Below are positions 17,802 to 25,051 of a stretch of 64,000 nucleotides of DNA, in pieces. Position 1 is the first letter of the stretch. Each line of letters starts with the position of its first letter. The notes under the pieces are model-generated. The model was not told the origin of the DNA. It did no database searches and was given only the letters and a program-made list of their open reading frames with translations. Made by a program: the position numbers and the translations under genes. The stretch is taken from the NCBI GenBank assembly GCA_015065285.1, contig SVQP01000002.1, forward strand, positions 40,209 to 104,208, written 5' to 3'. The DNA is from Oscillospiraceae bacterium. Its GTDB lineage: Bacteria; Bacillota; Clostridia; Oscillospirales; CAG-272.

Positions 17802-18752
17802 ATGTACAAGATTGGTGATAAGGTAGCCACCAGAGATGCGTACGGTAAGGCGCTGGTGGAATTTGCAGAGCAATATGATTTTGTGGTGCTGGACGCTGAC
17901 CTTGCAGAGGCGACCAAAACCGTAACCTTCAAAAAGGCTTACCCCGAAAGATTCTTTGATTGCGGCATTGCCGAGGGCAATATGATCTGCGTAGCTGCAG
18001 GACTTGCAGCGGCAGGCAAGACTGCATTTGCATCTTCCTTTGCCATGTTTGCGGCAGGCAGAGCATTCGAGCAGGTCAGAAACGCAGTGGGATACCCCCA
18101 CCTGAACGTCAAGATCGGTGCTACGCACGCGGGTCTGGCGGTTGGCGAGGACGGTGCCACTCACCAGTGCCTGGAGGATCTGGCGCTCATGCGCACCATT
18201 CCCGGCATGACGGTCATCAACCCTGCTGACGCAGTGGAGGCAAGACTGGCAGTCAAGTGCGCACTTGAAACCAACGGACCGTTCTACATCCGTTTCAGCA
18301 GAAACGCACTGCCCGTGATCAACGATGAAGAGTCCTATACCTTTGAGCTTGGCAAGGGTGTGACCTTGCGCAACGGCAAGGACGTAACCTTGGTAGCAAC
18401 CGGCTATATGGTATCCATGGCGCTGGAGGCAGCAGAGCTGCTGGCAGGCGAGGGGATTGATGCAAGAGTGATCAATATCCACACGCTCAAGCCGCTGGAT
18501 GCAGAGTTGATTTGCAAGGCAGCAGCCGAGACCGGTGCAATCGTGACCGCTGAGGAGCATAACGTCATAGGCGGACTTGGCGCAGCAGTTGCACAGGCTG
18601 TGTGCGAAGGCTGCCCCGTGCCCGTGCTCAGTGTGGGCACCGAGGATGCATTTGGCAGATCGGGCAAGGTACCCCCTCTGCTTGAAATGTACGGCTTGAC
18701 CCCTGCAAACATTGCAGAAAAGGCAAAGAAAGCGATTGCGCTGAAGAAGTGA
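17802..18752 (+). CDS. transketolase, C-terminal subunit
   Basis: 316 aa pyrimidine-binding/C-terminal domain (GIAEGNM, EDGATHQ). Confidence 0.9.
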   Translation: MYKIGDKVATRDAYGKALVEFAEQYDFVVLDADLAEATKTVTFKKAYPERFFDCGIAEGNMICVAAGLAAAGKTAFASSFAMFAAGRAFEQVRNAVGYPHLNVKIGATHAGLAVGEDGATHQCLEDLALMRTIPGMTVINPADAVEARLAVKCALETNGPFYIRFSRNALPVINDEESYTFELGKGVTLRNGKDVTLVATGYMVSMALEAAELLAGEGIDARVINIHTLKPLDAELICKAAAETGAIVTAEEHNVIGGLGAAVAQAVCEGCPVPVLSVGTEDAFGRSGKVPPLLEMYGLTPANIAEKAKKAIALKK

Positions 18753-18763
18753 AAATAAACGAT

Positions 18764-18797
18764 AAAACCGCAGGCAGATGCCTGCGGTTTTCTTTTG
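18764..18797 (+). terminator. intrinsic terminator after tkt
   Basis: accgcaggc-agat-gcctgcggt followed by tttcttttg. Confidence 0.85.
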
Positions 18798-18889
18798 GGC
18801 TACGAAACGTCTGCTTAGCCGGAGTAATATTCTTTACTTGCCCTAACCGATTACGCAGCGGGCGATCAATGATCGCCCCTACAGGCGCG

Positions 18890-18997
18890 TCATAAACCGT
18901 TTCCTAGATCCCGCGCTGCGCGCGCCCTTCGGGTTCGACTGCGCGCGGACACCACAACGCGGTGTCCGCGCTCCGCTCAGGATGACACAAAAGGGGG
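18890..18997 (+). repeat. module X, copy 1 (about 107 bp)
   Basis: It matches 22874-22980 with 3 substitutions and 1 indel (aligned by eye). Confidence 0.85.
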
Positions 18998-19085
18998 AGG
19001 CGAGTCCTCGCGTCTTCGCTCAGAAGCACACCACTATGTGTCATCCTGAGCGGAGAGAGAATGCCGCTGCGCGGCATTCGAACGC

Positions 19086-19199
19086 AGTCGAACTTTTGCG
19101 GGTCGAACATTTCGCGGCAGAGCCGCGAAATTGAGCGAGCAAAAGCGCAAGTGCGGTAGCGCGCAGCGGGATCTGCGAGGGGTTTACAAGACGTCTGCT
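19086..19199 (+). repeat. module Y, copy 1 (114 bp)
   Basis: It matches 22495-22608 with 5 substitutions and no indel (aligned by eye). Confidence 0.85.
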
Positions 19200-19437
19200 C
19201 GACCAAAGTAATATTTTTTACTTGCCCCAACCGCTTGCGTATCGGACCGCCGAGGACGTCGGTCCCTACAAGGGAATCATAAACCGTTTCCTGGATCCTC
19301 AAAGCGCAATCCTTGCGCTTTGACTTTCAAAAATCAGCAATTTTTTGCAGATTTTTGAAAGTTCGACTCGAAAACATCCGCACAGGGATGTTTTCTCGCT
19401 CAGGATGACACAAGGGGGGAAGCTCTGCCATCAGACC

Positions 19438-19466
19438 TTGACCTTTCAAGTGAATTGTGATATAAT
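19438..19466 (+). promoter_or_regulatory. sigma-A type promoter in front of RHS fragment 1
   Basis: TTGACC (19438-43), 17-nt spacer, TATAAT (19461-66), with TG at the extended -10 position. Confidence 0.6.
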
Positions 19467-19493
19467 AACATTGACCCGTTAAGGGGCTTAATC

Positions 19494-19523
19494 ATGCAAC
19501 CCAAACCGGCATCATCGGCATGA
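19494..19523 (+). CDS. 9-codon upstream ORF (MQPKPASSA) overlapping the RHS-fragment start
   Basis: aagggg SD 7-8 nt upstream. The stop TGA 19521-23 overlaps ATG 19520 (ATGA). Confidence 0.3.
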   Translation: MQPKPASSA

Positions 19524-19887
19524 TGTATACCGGCACTAACGGCACGACAGCTACCTACTACTTCCGCCGCAATCTGCTTGGTGACGTCATTGGTATTTAT
19601 GATACCAATGGTGCCAAGGTTGGCGGCTATGCTTATGATGCTTGGGGTAATTGCACGATTACGCTCAATACCAACGGTATTGCAACCAAGAATCCCATCA
19701 GATATCGCGGTTACTATTACGACCAAGATACCGGCTTGTACTATCTCAATGCGCGTTACTATAGCCCCGAATGGAGAAGATTCATCTCGCCTGATGATAC
19801 GGCTTATCTCGATCCCGACAGCTTCAATGGGCTGAATCTGTATTGCTATTGTAATAATGATCCCGTCAACTATGCCGATCCAAGTGG
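19508..19887 (+). repeat. 380-bp RHS core-tail repeat, copy 1
   Basis: Colinear with 20952-21331 at a constant offset of 1444 nt. The first 250 bp or so are near-identical; the last 120 bp or so are more diverged. Confidence 0.9.
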
Positions 19888-20473
19888 GCATATGCCAGAA
19901 TGGGCACAGAGGGTTGTTTGTGGTTTGGCAATATCAGGACTTGTAGTTGCTACTGTCTTGACTTGCGGCGTGGCTGGAGCTGGAGCAGCGATTGTTGGAG
20001 CAGCCATGTTAGCTGGTGGATTGATATCTGGAGGAATCACCGCTATAGACCAGTTGCGTGACACTGGTACGATTGATTTGACTTCGGTTGCTATTTCCAT
20101 ACTTTCCGGAACCGCATATGGATTGGTAATAGGCTTGACTGGAGGCGCTGGCACCTGGGCTATTGCAGGGAAATTGGCTGTTGCTGGAGGCACATCATTA
20201 CTTAATAGCTGGAATGAATGGGATGAGAATTCAAGTTTTGGAGGAATGATGGTCTCGTTAGGGTTTTCTTTAGCTGCGTCTGGAATTGCTCATGGCGCCG
20301 GATACTTGGCAGGTAAATTCGGAGCGCAAATATTGCCCAGAATTCTACCAAGAAATCCGAAGCACATAATAACCATGGGGGATATTGGATCTGCATTATG
20401 GAGTATTCCTGCTGTAAAGGTGGGAAGTATTAGGTTTATTAGTGGGATATTTGGATCTATTATTAGTGACTAA
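19520..20473 (+). CDS. orphan RHS core tail + C-terminal glycine-rich hydrophobic toxin domain (N-terminally truncated)
   Basis: YD-type repeats (YAYDAWGN) and RHS core end RYYSPEWRRFISPDD...LNLYCYCNNDPVNYADPSG. A variable CT of about 194 aa rich in GxxxG/AxxxG follows. Confidence 0.75.
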   Translation: MMYTGTNGTTATYYFRRNLLGDVIGIYDTNGAKVGGYAYDAWGNCTITLNTNGIATKNPIRYRGYYYDQDTGLYYLNARYYSPEWRRFISPDDTAYLDPDSFNGLNLYCYCNNDPVNYADPSGHMPEWAQRVVCGLAISGLVVATVLTCGVAGAGAAIVGAAMLAGGLISGGITAIDQLRDTGTIDLTSVAISILSGTAYGLVIGLTGGAGTWAIAGKLAVAGGTSLLNSWNEWDENSSFGGMMVSLGFSLAASGIAHGAGYLAGKFGAQILPRILPRNPKHIITMGDIGSALWSIPAVKVGSIRFISGIFGSIISD

Positions 20474-20489
20474 GAGGAGGTAAGCCAAT

Positions 20490-20672
20490 TTGGAGTTTCT
20501 TAAATATTGTTTGTATTGTCTTGGTATTGTAATAAGTGGCGCTTTTGGAAATAATCCAGAGGGTATGTCGCTAAAAACAATAATTGTTGGCAGTGTTACG
20601 ATGTTCGTTTTGCTGGGATTGGCATTAGGCATCCTATGGTTAATTGCAATAATAGTGAATAAAATTAGGTGA
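20490..20672 (+). CDS. putative immunity protein 1 (60 aa, two TM helices)
   Basis: TTG start 6 nt after gaggagg, 17 nt after the toxin stop. Two hydrophobic helices. AT-rich. Confidence 0.6.
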   Translation: MEFLKYCLYCLGIVISGAFGNNPEGMSLKTIIVGSVTMFVLLGLALGILWLIAIIVNKIR

Positions 20673-20738
20673 AATATGTGAAAATCATAGGCGCCAAGTG
20701 CCTAGGACACAGGGGGCGGTTAGCGTGAAAGCAAGCTG

Positions 20739-21935
20739 TTGAACTACAACGCATACGGTCAGAGAATAGGTGTTCGGTATACGTTCAGGCTCAGCGCACC
20801 GTCCTCTGCAATTGCCATGGGCACGCTGATGGGATATACCAAAGCATTCTGTTACGACCAATCCGGCAGACTGATCTGTGAGCGCAAGATCGGCAATTAT
20901 TACGGAGAAGGCACTGCGAGCGAGCAAACTGTATTTCTGTATGACGAGAGCGGTATCGTCGGCATGATGTATACCGGCACTAACGGTGAAACAGCTACCT
21001 ACTACTTCCGCCGCAATCTGCTTGGTGACGTCATTGGTATTTATAATACCAATGGTGCCAAGGTTGGTGGCTATGCTTATGATGCTTGGGGTAATTGCAC
21101 GATTACGCTCAATACCAATGGTATTGCAACCAAGAATCCCATCAGATACAGAGGTTATTACTACGACCAAGATACCGGCTTGTACTATCTCAATGCGCGG
21201 TACTACTCCCCCACTTGGCGTAGATTCATCAGCCCCGATGATACGAGCTATCTTGACCCGGAAATCGAAAGCGGACTGAATCTGTATTGCTATTGTAATG
21301 ATGATCCCGTCAACTATGCTGATCCGAGTGGATATATTGCAATTTCAACAATAATAATTGGTTGTTTGGCGGCTTTTGCTGTTGGTTCAGCAATAAGTGC
21401 AGTTTCACAAGGATTTCAATATGGATGGGATGAAATAAGTGTAGGACAGGTTTTGATTGATGGTGCATTTGCCGCAGCATCTGTTGCTTTAGCCGCAACA
21501 GGGATGCCTTTTATTGCTTCTGTTGCTGTAGGCGCGGCAATGGGATTGGGGCAATATGCTATAAGCACTAAGTTTCATAATGAACCCATGACACTTCAAG
21601 GGGTCATTATTTCGACTGTTTTAGGTGGAATCGGTGGTGCTGTCAGTGGAGCAGGAGCTAAAAACCTTAGTACTATTGCGTCTATTTATGATGATATGAC
21701 AGGAAGAGCGGCACAAGGGGTTAAAGCATTGATCACCGCAGCGCAAAGATATGGCTTTGGTAGTAAGCAATTTGCACTTGTAAACAACCTATATGGCAAA
21801 GCTATACAGTCAGCTGTGAACCAAGGAATAAAAAAGGCTTTTGTAGGCGCTACAATTAAGATTACCGCTACTACAATTGCCAATCCGTTTGTCGGTATGG
21901 GGATTAATAGCATAGTTGAATTCCTTATAAATTAA
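20739..21935 (+). CDS. orphan RHS core tail + second C-terminal hydrophobic toxin domain (fragment; may be silent)
   Basis: TTG-initiated ORF with no good SD. YD repeats (FCYDQSGRL, FLYDESG) and core end ...NDDPVNYADPSG. A different CT of about 200 aa follows. Confidence 0.65.
   Translation: MNYNAYGQRIGVRYTFRLSAPSSAIAMGTLMGYTKAFCYDQSGRLICERKIGNYYGEGTASEQTVFLYDESGIVGMMYTGTNGETATYYFRRNLLGDVIGIYNTNGAKVGGYAYDAWGNCTITLNTNGIATKNPIRYRGYYYDQDTGLYYLNARYYSPTWRRFISPDDTSYLDPEIESGLNLYCYCNDDPVNYADPSGYIAISTIIIGCLAAFAVGSAISAVSQGFQYGWDEISVGQVLIDGAFAAASVALAATGMPFIASVAVGAAMGLGQYAISTKFHNEPMTLQGVIISTVLGGIGGAVSGAGAKNLSTIASIYDDMTGRAAQGVKALITAAQRYGFGSKQFALVNNLYGKAIQSAVNQGIKKAFVGATIKITATTIANPFVGMGINSIVEFLIN
20952..21331 (+). 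repeat. 380-bp RHS core-tail repeat, copy 2
   Basis: See 19508-19887. Confidence 0.9.
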
Positions 21936-21951
21936 TCTTAGGAGCGTTGAT

Positions 21952-22329
21952 ATGACTAGATATCTTTTATTGCTGATTGTTACGGTAACTCTTGTGGTCA
22001 CGTGGGTTTTTGCAACTCAAAGTCAAGGGGGCTTGAGATTCGCTGAAAATGAAAAATTGGTTGTGCGATCCAATTCAATTTTGAGGAAACTTTTGTTAAA
22101 AAAGGATAATCAAGATTTTCCATTGAGAATATACAAAGTCATTCCATGGGTTATTAATATGGTTTTGTTTTTCAGTGTATTATTAGCTTATACGGTATAT
22201 GCAATTTTGTATCATAATCCAACGGGACTAATGATAAAAAGCTTTTTAGAAAGTGCTAGTGTGCAGATTTTCAGTTTGGCATGGTGTTTATTGAATTTCC
22301 TTTATATAGGAATCATTAATGCTCTGTAG
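21952..22329 (+). CDS. putative immunity protein 2 (125 aa, polytopic membrane)
   Basis: ATG follows aggag, 17 nt after the toxin stop. 3-4 hydrophobic helices. AT-rich. Confidence 0.6.
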   Translation: MTRYLLLLIVTVTLVVTWVFATQSQGGLRFAENEKLVVRSNSILRKLLLKKDNQDFPLRIYKVIPWVINMVLFFSVLLAYTVYAILYHNPTGLMIKSFLESASVQIFSLAWCLLNFLYIGIINAL

Positions 22330-22413
22330 CCCAGTTTTTTAAATTCTTCACCGTAACAGAAAACGGTTCTCTGTTCCATAAATAATCAAAATCCAAGTAT
22401 GATAACTCTGTTG

Positions 22414-22449
22414 AGAGTGCCGCTTCGGCGGCACTCTTTTTTGATTTTT
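22414..22449 (+). terminator. intrinsic terminator closing the RHS island
   Basis: agagtgccgc-ttcg-gcggcactct followed by ttttttgattttt. Confidence 0.85.
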
Positions 22450-22494
22450 CGTACTCTCTTTTGTGTCATCCTGAGCGAGGTCGCAGAGCGACCG

Positions 22495-22608
22495 AGTCGA
22501 ACTTTTGCGGGTCGAATATTTCGCGGCAGAGCCGCGAAATTGAGCGAGCAAAAGCGCAAGTGCGATAGCGCGCAGCGGGATCTGCGATGGGTTTGCAAGA
22601 TGTCTGCT
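22495..22608 (+). repeat. module Y, copy 2
   Basis: Direct repeat of 19086-19199. Confidence 0.85.
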
Positions 22609-22625
22609 TAGCCGGAGTAACTAAG

Positions 22626-22861
22626 CCTCTCCCGCCGGGTAGAGGGGGACCGCAGTGAGCGTAAGCGAACAGCGGTGGAGTGGGTCACCGTATGGACGCT
22701 CTTTCATCAATTAATCGATCCCACATGATAGGAAAAGAGAACCCTTCGGCAAATGCCGCAGCATTTGCCACCTCCCTTAAAAGGGAGGCAACCCCTCCAC
22801 CGCAATCGCGAAGCGGCACGCTGCGCCGCTTCACTGCGGTCCCCCTCCCCTAAAGGGGAGG
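22626..22861. mobile_element. MITE-like element with imperfect terminal inverted repeats of about 55-65 bp, no ORF
   Basis: The left end cctctcccgccgggtagagggggaccgcagtgagcg...gcggtggag is the imperfect reverse complement of the right end ctccaccgc...cactgcggtccccctcccctaaaggggagg. Confidence 0.5.
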
Positions 22862-22873
22862 CTCTTTCGCGTG

Positions 22874-22980
22874 TCATAAACCGTTTACTAGATCCCGCGC
22901 TGCGCGCGCCCTACGGGTTCGACTGCGCGCGAACACCACAACGCGGTGTCCGCGCTCCGCTCAGGATGACACAAAGGGGG
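22874..22980 (+). repeat. module X, copy 2
   Basis: Direct repeat of 18890-18997. Confidence 0.85.
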
Positions 22981-23245
22981 GGCACCGCCAAAGTAACTTT
23001 GTGTAGGGGAGCATATTATGCTCCCGCACGCGATGATAACGGATCAGCGTTCGGGTAAAAAAATCATAAACCGTTTGCAAGACGGGTCGTCAAGGTGCCG
23101 ACCCCTACCGGGGTTGTTGCCGCAGGCAGGATGACACGAAAGGGGTGTTCTGCTCAGGATGACACAAAGGGGATGCGTGTGTATAGATTTGTTAAATGGT
23201 TTTCATGTAGCTTTCAAGCATGACCGATTTTTCGCACCGGGGTTA

Positions 23246-23273
23246 TTGCAAAAACCGTATTTTATGGTATAAT
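23246..23273 (+). promoter_or_regulatory. candidate sigma-A promoter of SDR/alkylation-repair operon
   Basis: TTGCAA-16 nt-TATAAT with TG at the extended -10, 33 nt before ATG 23306. Confidence 0.55.
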
Positions 23274-23305
23274 GAAGGAAAGTAACGAAAAGGGAAGCGT
23301 GTATC

Positions 23306-24205
23306 ATGAAACGTTATCTGCACAAGCACACGGAATCACTCAAAGGAAAAACGGTTGCCATCTCGGGCTCAACGGGCGGGCTTGGCAAGGCGCTTTGCGA
23401 GCATATTGCCGCTCTTGGGGCGGATCTGATCCTGCTTGATCGCAGCGCGCAAAAAATGCAGGCACGTGCCGAGGAGATCGTACAGCGCCATCCGCAAACA
23501 AGCGTGGATTGCATTGTCATGGATCTTGCGGACATTGCATCGGTGGACGCAGCGGCAGAGACGCTGGCAAGACGCGTGCCCGACGTGCTGATCTGCAATG
23601 CGGGCGCGTATGCCGTGCCGCGCTTTCTTACCTCGTCAGGGCTTGATAACGTGTTCCAGATCAATTTTGCTGCGCCCTATTATCTCATTCGCCGCCTGAT
23701 GCCGCACATGGCAGAAAAGCGAGGCAGAGTTGTGGTGGTGGGCAGCGTGGCGCACAACTATTCCAAAATCGACCCTTGCGACGTGGATTTCCGCACAAGA
23801 ACCAAAGCTTCGTTGGTGTACGGAAACGCAAAGCGGTACCTGATGTTTTCGATGTACGCTCTGTTTGAAGGGCGAGAGGATGTCACGGTCAGCGTCACGC
23901 ACCCCGGCATTGCGGTCACGGGCATCACCGCCCATTATCCCAAGTGGCTGTATGCGCTGATCAAATATCCCATGAAGGTCATCTTTATGAAGCCGCGTCG
24001 CGCCTCACTCTCTATTCTGCGCGGCATTTTTGAAGCAACCGACTCTTGCGAGTGGATCGGACCGCGCGTCTTTGACGTATGGGGCATGCCGCACAAACGT
24101 CGCCTTACTACCTGTGATGCGAAAGAAAGAGCGCATATCTGTAAAGAGGCGGAGCGCATTTACCGCGAGCTTTGTGCGCAAATGGGAAAAGAGGAACAGG
24201 CATGA
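23306..24205 (+). CDS. SDR family oxidoreductase
   Basis: 299 aa. GSTGGLGKA dinucleotide motif, NAG, and a YGNAK catalytic region. Confidence 0.8.
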   Translation: MKRYLHKHTESLKGKTVAISGSTGGLGKALCEHIAALGADLILLDRSAQKMQARAEEIVQRHPQTSVDCIVMDLADIASVDAAAETLARRVPDVLICNAGAYAVPRFLTSSGLDNVFQINFAAPYYLIRRLMPHMAEKRGRVVVVGSVAHNYSKIDPCDVDFRTRTKASLVYGNAKRYLMFSMYALFEGREDVTVSVTHPGIAVTGITAHYPKWLYALIKYPMKVIFMKPRRASLSILRGIFEATDSCEWIGPRVFDVWGMPHKRRLTTCDAKERAHICKEAERIYRELCAQMGKEEQA

Positions 24206-24879
24206 CCGAGATTCAAGACCGCTTGCATGCCATGCAAGACCTCGCTTACGGGGATTTTTCCGCAGCCCTTTTGCCAACGGTTGCGCGGGAGCGCGTGATC
24301 GGTGTGCGATTGCCGCTGCTGCGCAGATTTGCCAAGCAGCTGGATCGGGATACGGCAGCGTGTTTTTTAAAGGAACTGCCGCATACGTATCTGGAAGAGG
24401 ATCACCTGCATTCTTTTCTGATCGGGCAGATGCGCGACGCGGACGAGTGCTATGCGGCACTGGATGCGTTTTTGCCTTACGTGGATAACTGGGCTGTGTG
24501 CGATTCGCTGCGCCCCAAAGCCATTCTGGCGGACAGGGAACGACTGCTTGAAAAGATTGAATCCTATCTGCAAAGCGCGCATCCGTATACAATCCGCTTT
24601 GGCATTGAGCTGCTCATGCTGCATTTTCTGGACGAGCATTTTGACCCTGCGCACCTTTTTCGTGTTGCAAATATTCAAAGCCGGGAATACTACGTCAATA
24701 TGATGATCGCGTGGTATTTTGCTACCGCGCTTGCCAAGCAATGGGATGCTGCGATCCCGTATCTGGAGCAGCACCGCCTTTTAGATGCAGTGCACGGAAA
24801 AACGGTGCAGAAGGCGATCGAGAGCAATCGCATCACCCCCGCGCAAAAGGCGTATTTGCGTACCCTGAAAACGATATAA
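24202..24879 (+). CDS. DNA alkylation repair protein (AlkD/HEAT-like, COG4912-type)
   Basis: ATG 24202 overlaps the SDR stop (ATGA). The pattern ...DNWAVCDSL...YYVNMMIAWYFATAL... is typical of this family as I recall it. Confidence 0.7.
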   Translation: MTEIQDRLHAMQDLAYGDFSAALLPTVARERVIGVRLPLLRRFAKQLDRDTAACFLKELPHTYLEEDHLHSFLIGQMRDADECYAALDAFLPYVDNWAVCDSLRPKAILADRERLLEKIESYLQSAHPYTIRFGIELLMLHFLDEHFDPAHLFRVANIQSREYYVNMMIAWYFATALAKQWDAAIPYLEQHRLLDAVHGKTVQKAIESNRITPAQKAYLRTLKTI

Positions 24880-24883
24880 AAAA

Positions 24884-24911
24884 CAAAAAAAGGGCGAAAG
24901 CCCTTTTTTTG
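24884..24911. terminator. bidirectional intrinsic terminator
   Basis: aaaaaaagggc-gaaa-gcccttttttt between convergent transcription units. Confidence 0.8.
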
Positions 24912-24919
24912 TTGCCTAT

Positions 24920-25021
24920 TTAAGCAGCCAGCAGATACATAATGGTCATGGTGATCGTACCTATAACCATCAGTGCAGCAAGCACGCCCGCAAGAATTCT
25001 TGCAAGTAATTTCTTTGTCAT
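24920..25021 (-). CDS. 33-aa hydrophobic micro-protein (not in ORF track)
   Basis: Minus strand: aaagga-7 nt-ATG, encoding MTKKLLARILAGVLAALMVIGTITMTIMYLLAA*. It starts 30 nt after the topoisomerase stop and ends at the terminator. Confidence 0.4.
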   Translation of the reverse strand: MTKKLLARILAGVLAALMVIGTITMTIMYLLAA

Positions 25022-25051
25022 GAGGTTATCCTTTCAGCCACTCTCGGCGCA

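Larger units (their letters stand above)
18800..19415. repeat. mosaic of REP/MITE-like hairpin modules (left flank of RHS island)
   Basis: A chain of GC-rich hairpins with recurrent short motifs (tcataaaccgttt, ctcaggatgacaca / tgtgtcatcctgag, hairpin+cctaca(a)gg). Modules recur at 22450-23175. Confidence 0.85.
22450..23175. repeat. mosaic of REP/MITE-like hairpin modules (right flank of RHS island)
   Basis: It contains module Y copy 2, a TIR-bounded element, module X copy 2, and further hairpin+ctac and caggatgacac motifs. Confidence 0.85.

Noticed and set aside
18915-18960. tRNA-like GGTTCGAcT motif in module X
   Set aside because: It resembles a T-loop, but the flanks form only a gcgcgc/gcgcgc hairpin. 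No acceptor, D or anticodon arms can be drawn.
18904-19302. 132-aa ORF, with a 101-aa ORF at 22753-23058, inside the repeat mosaics
   Set aside because: They are made entirely of hairpin modules (R/A/P/G-rich translations), have no SD, and their frame is not preserved between module copies.
19400-21170. 163-aa and 161-aa minus-strand ORFs (19400-19891 and 20685-21170)
   Set aside because: They lie antisense to the two RHS core-tail repeats and resemble each other only because the DNA is repeated. The plus-strand frames carry the YD/RHS motifs.
18753-23305. Prophage or integrative-element interpretation of the accessory island
   Set aside because: There is no integrase, recombinase, transposase, phage structural gene or tRNA attachment site. 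The only genes are RHS fragments and small membrane ORFs.
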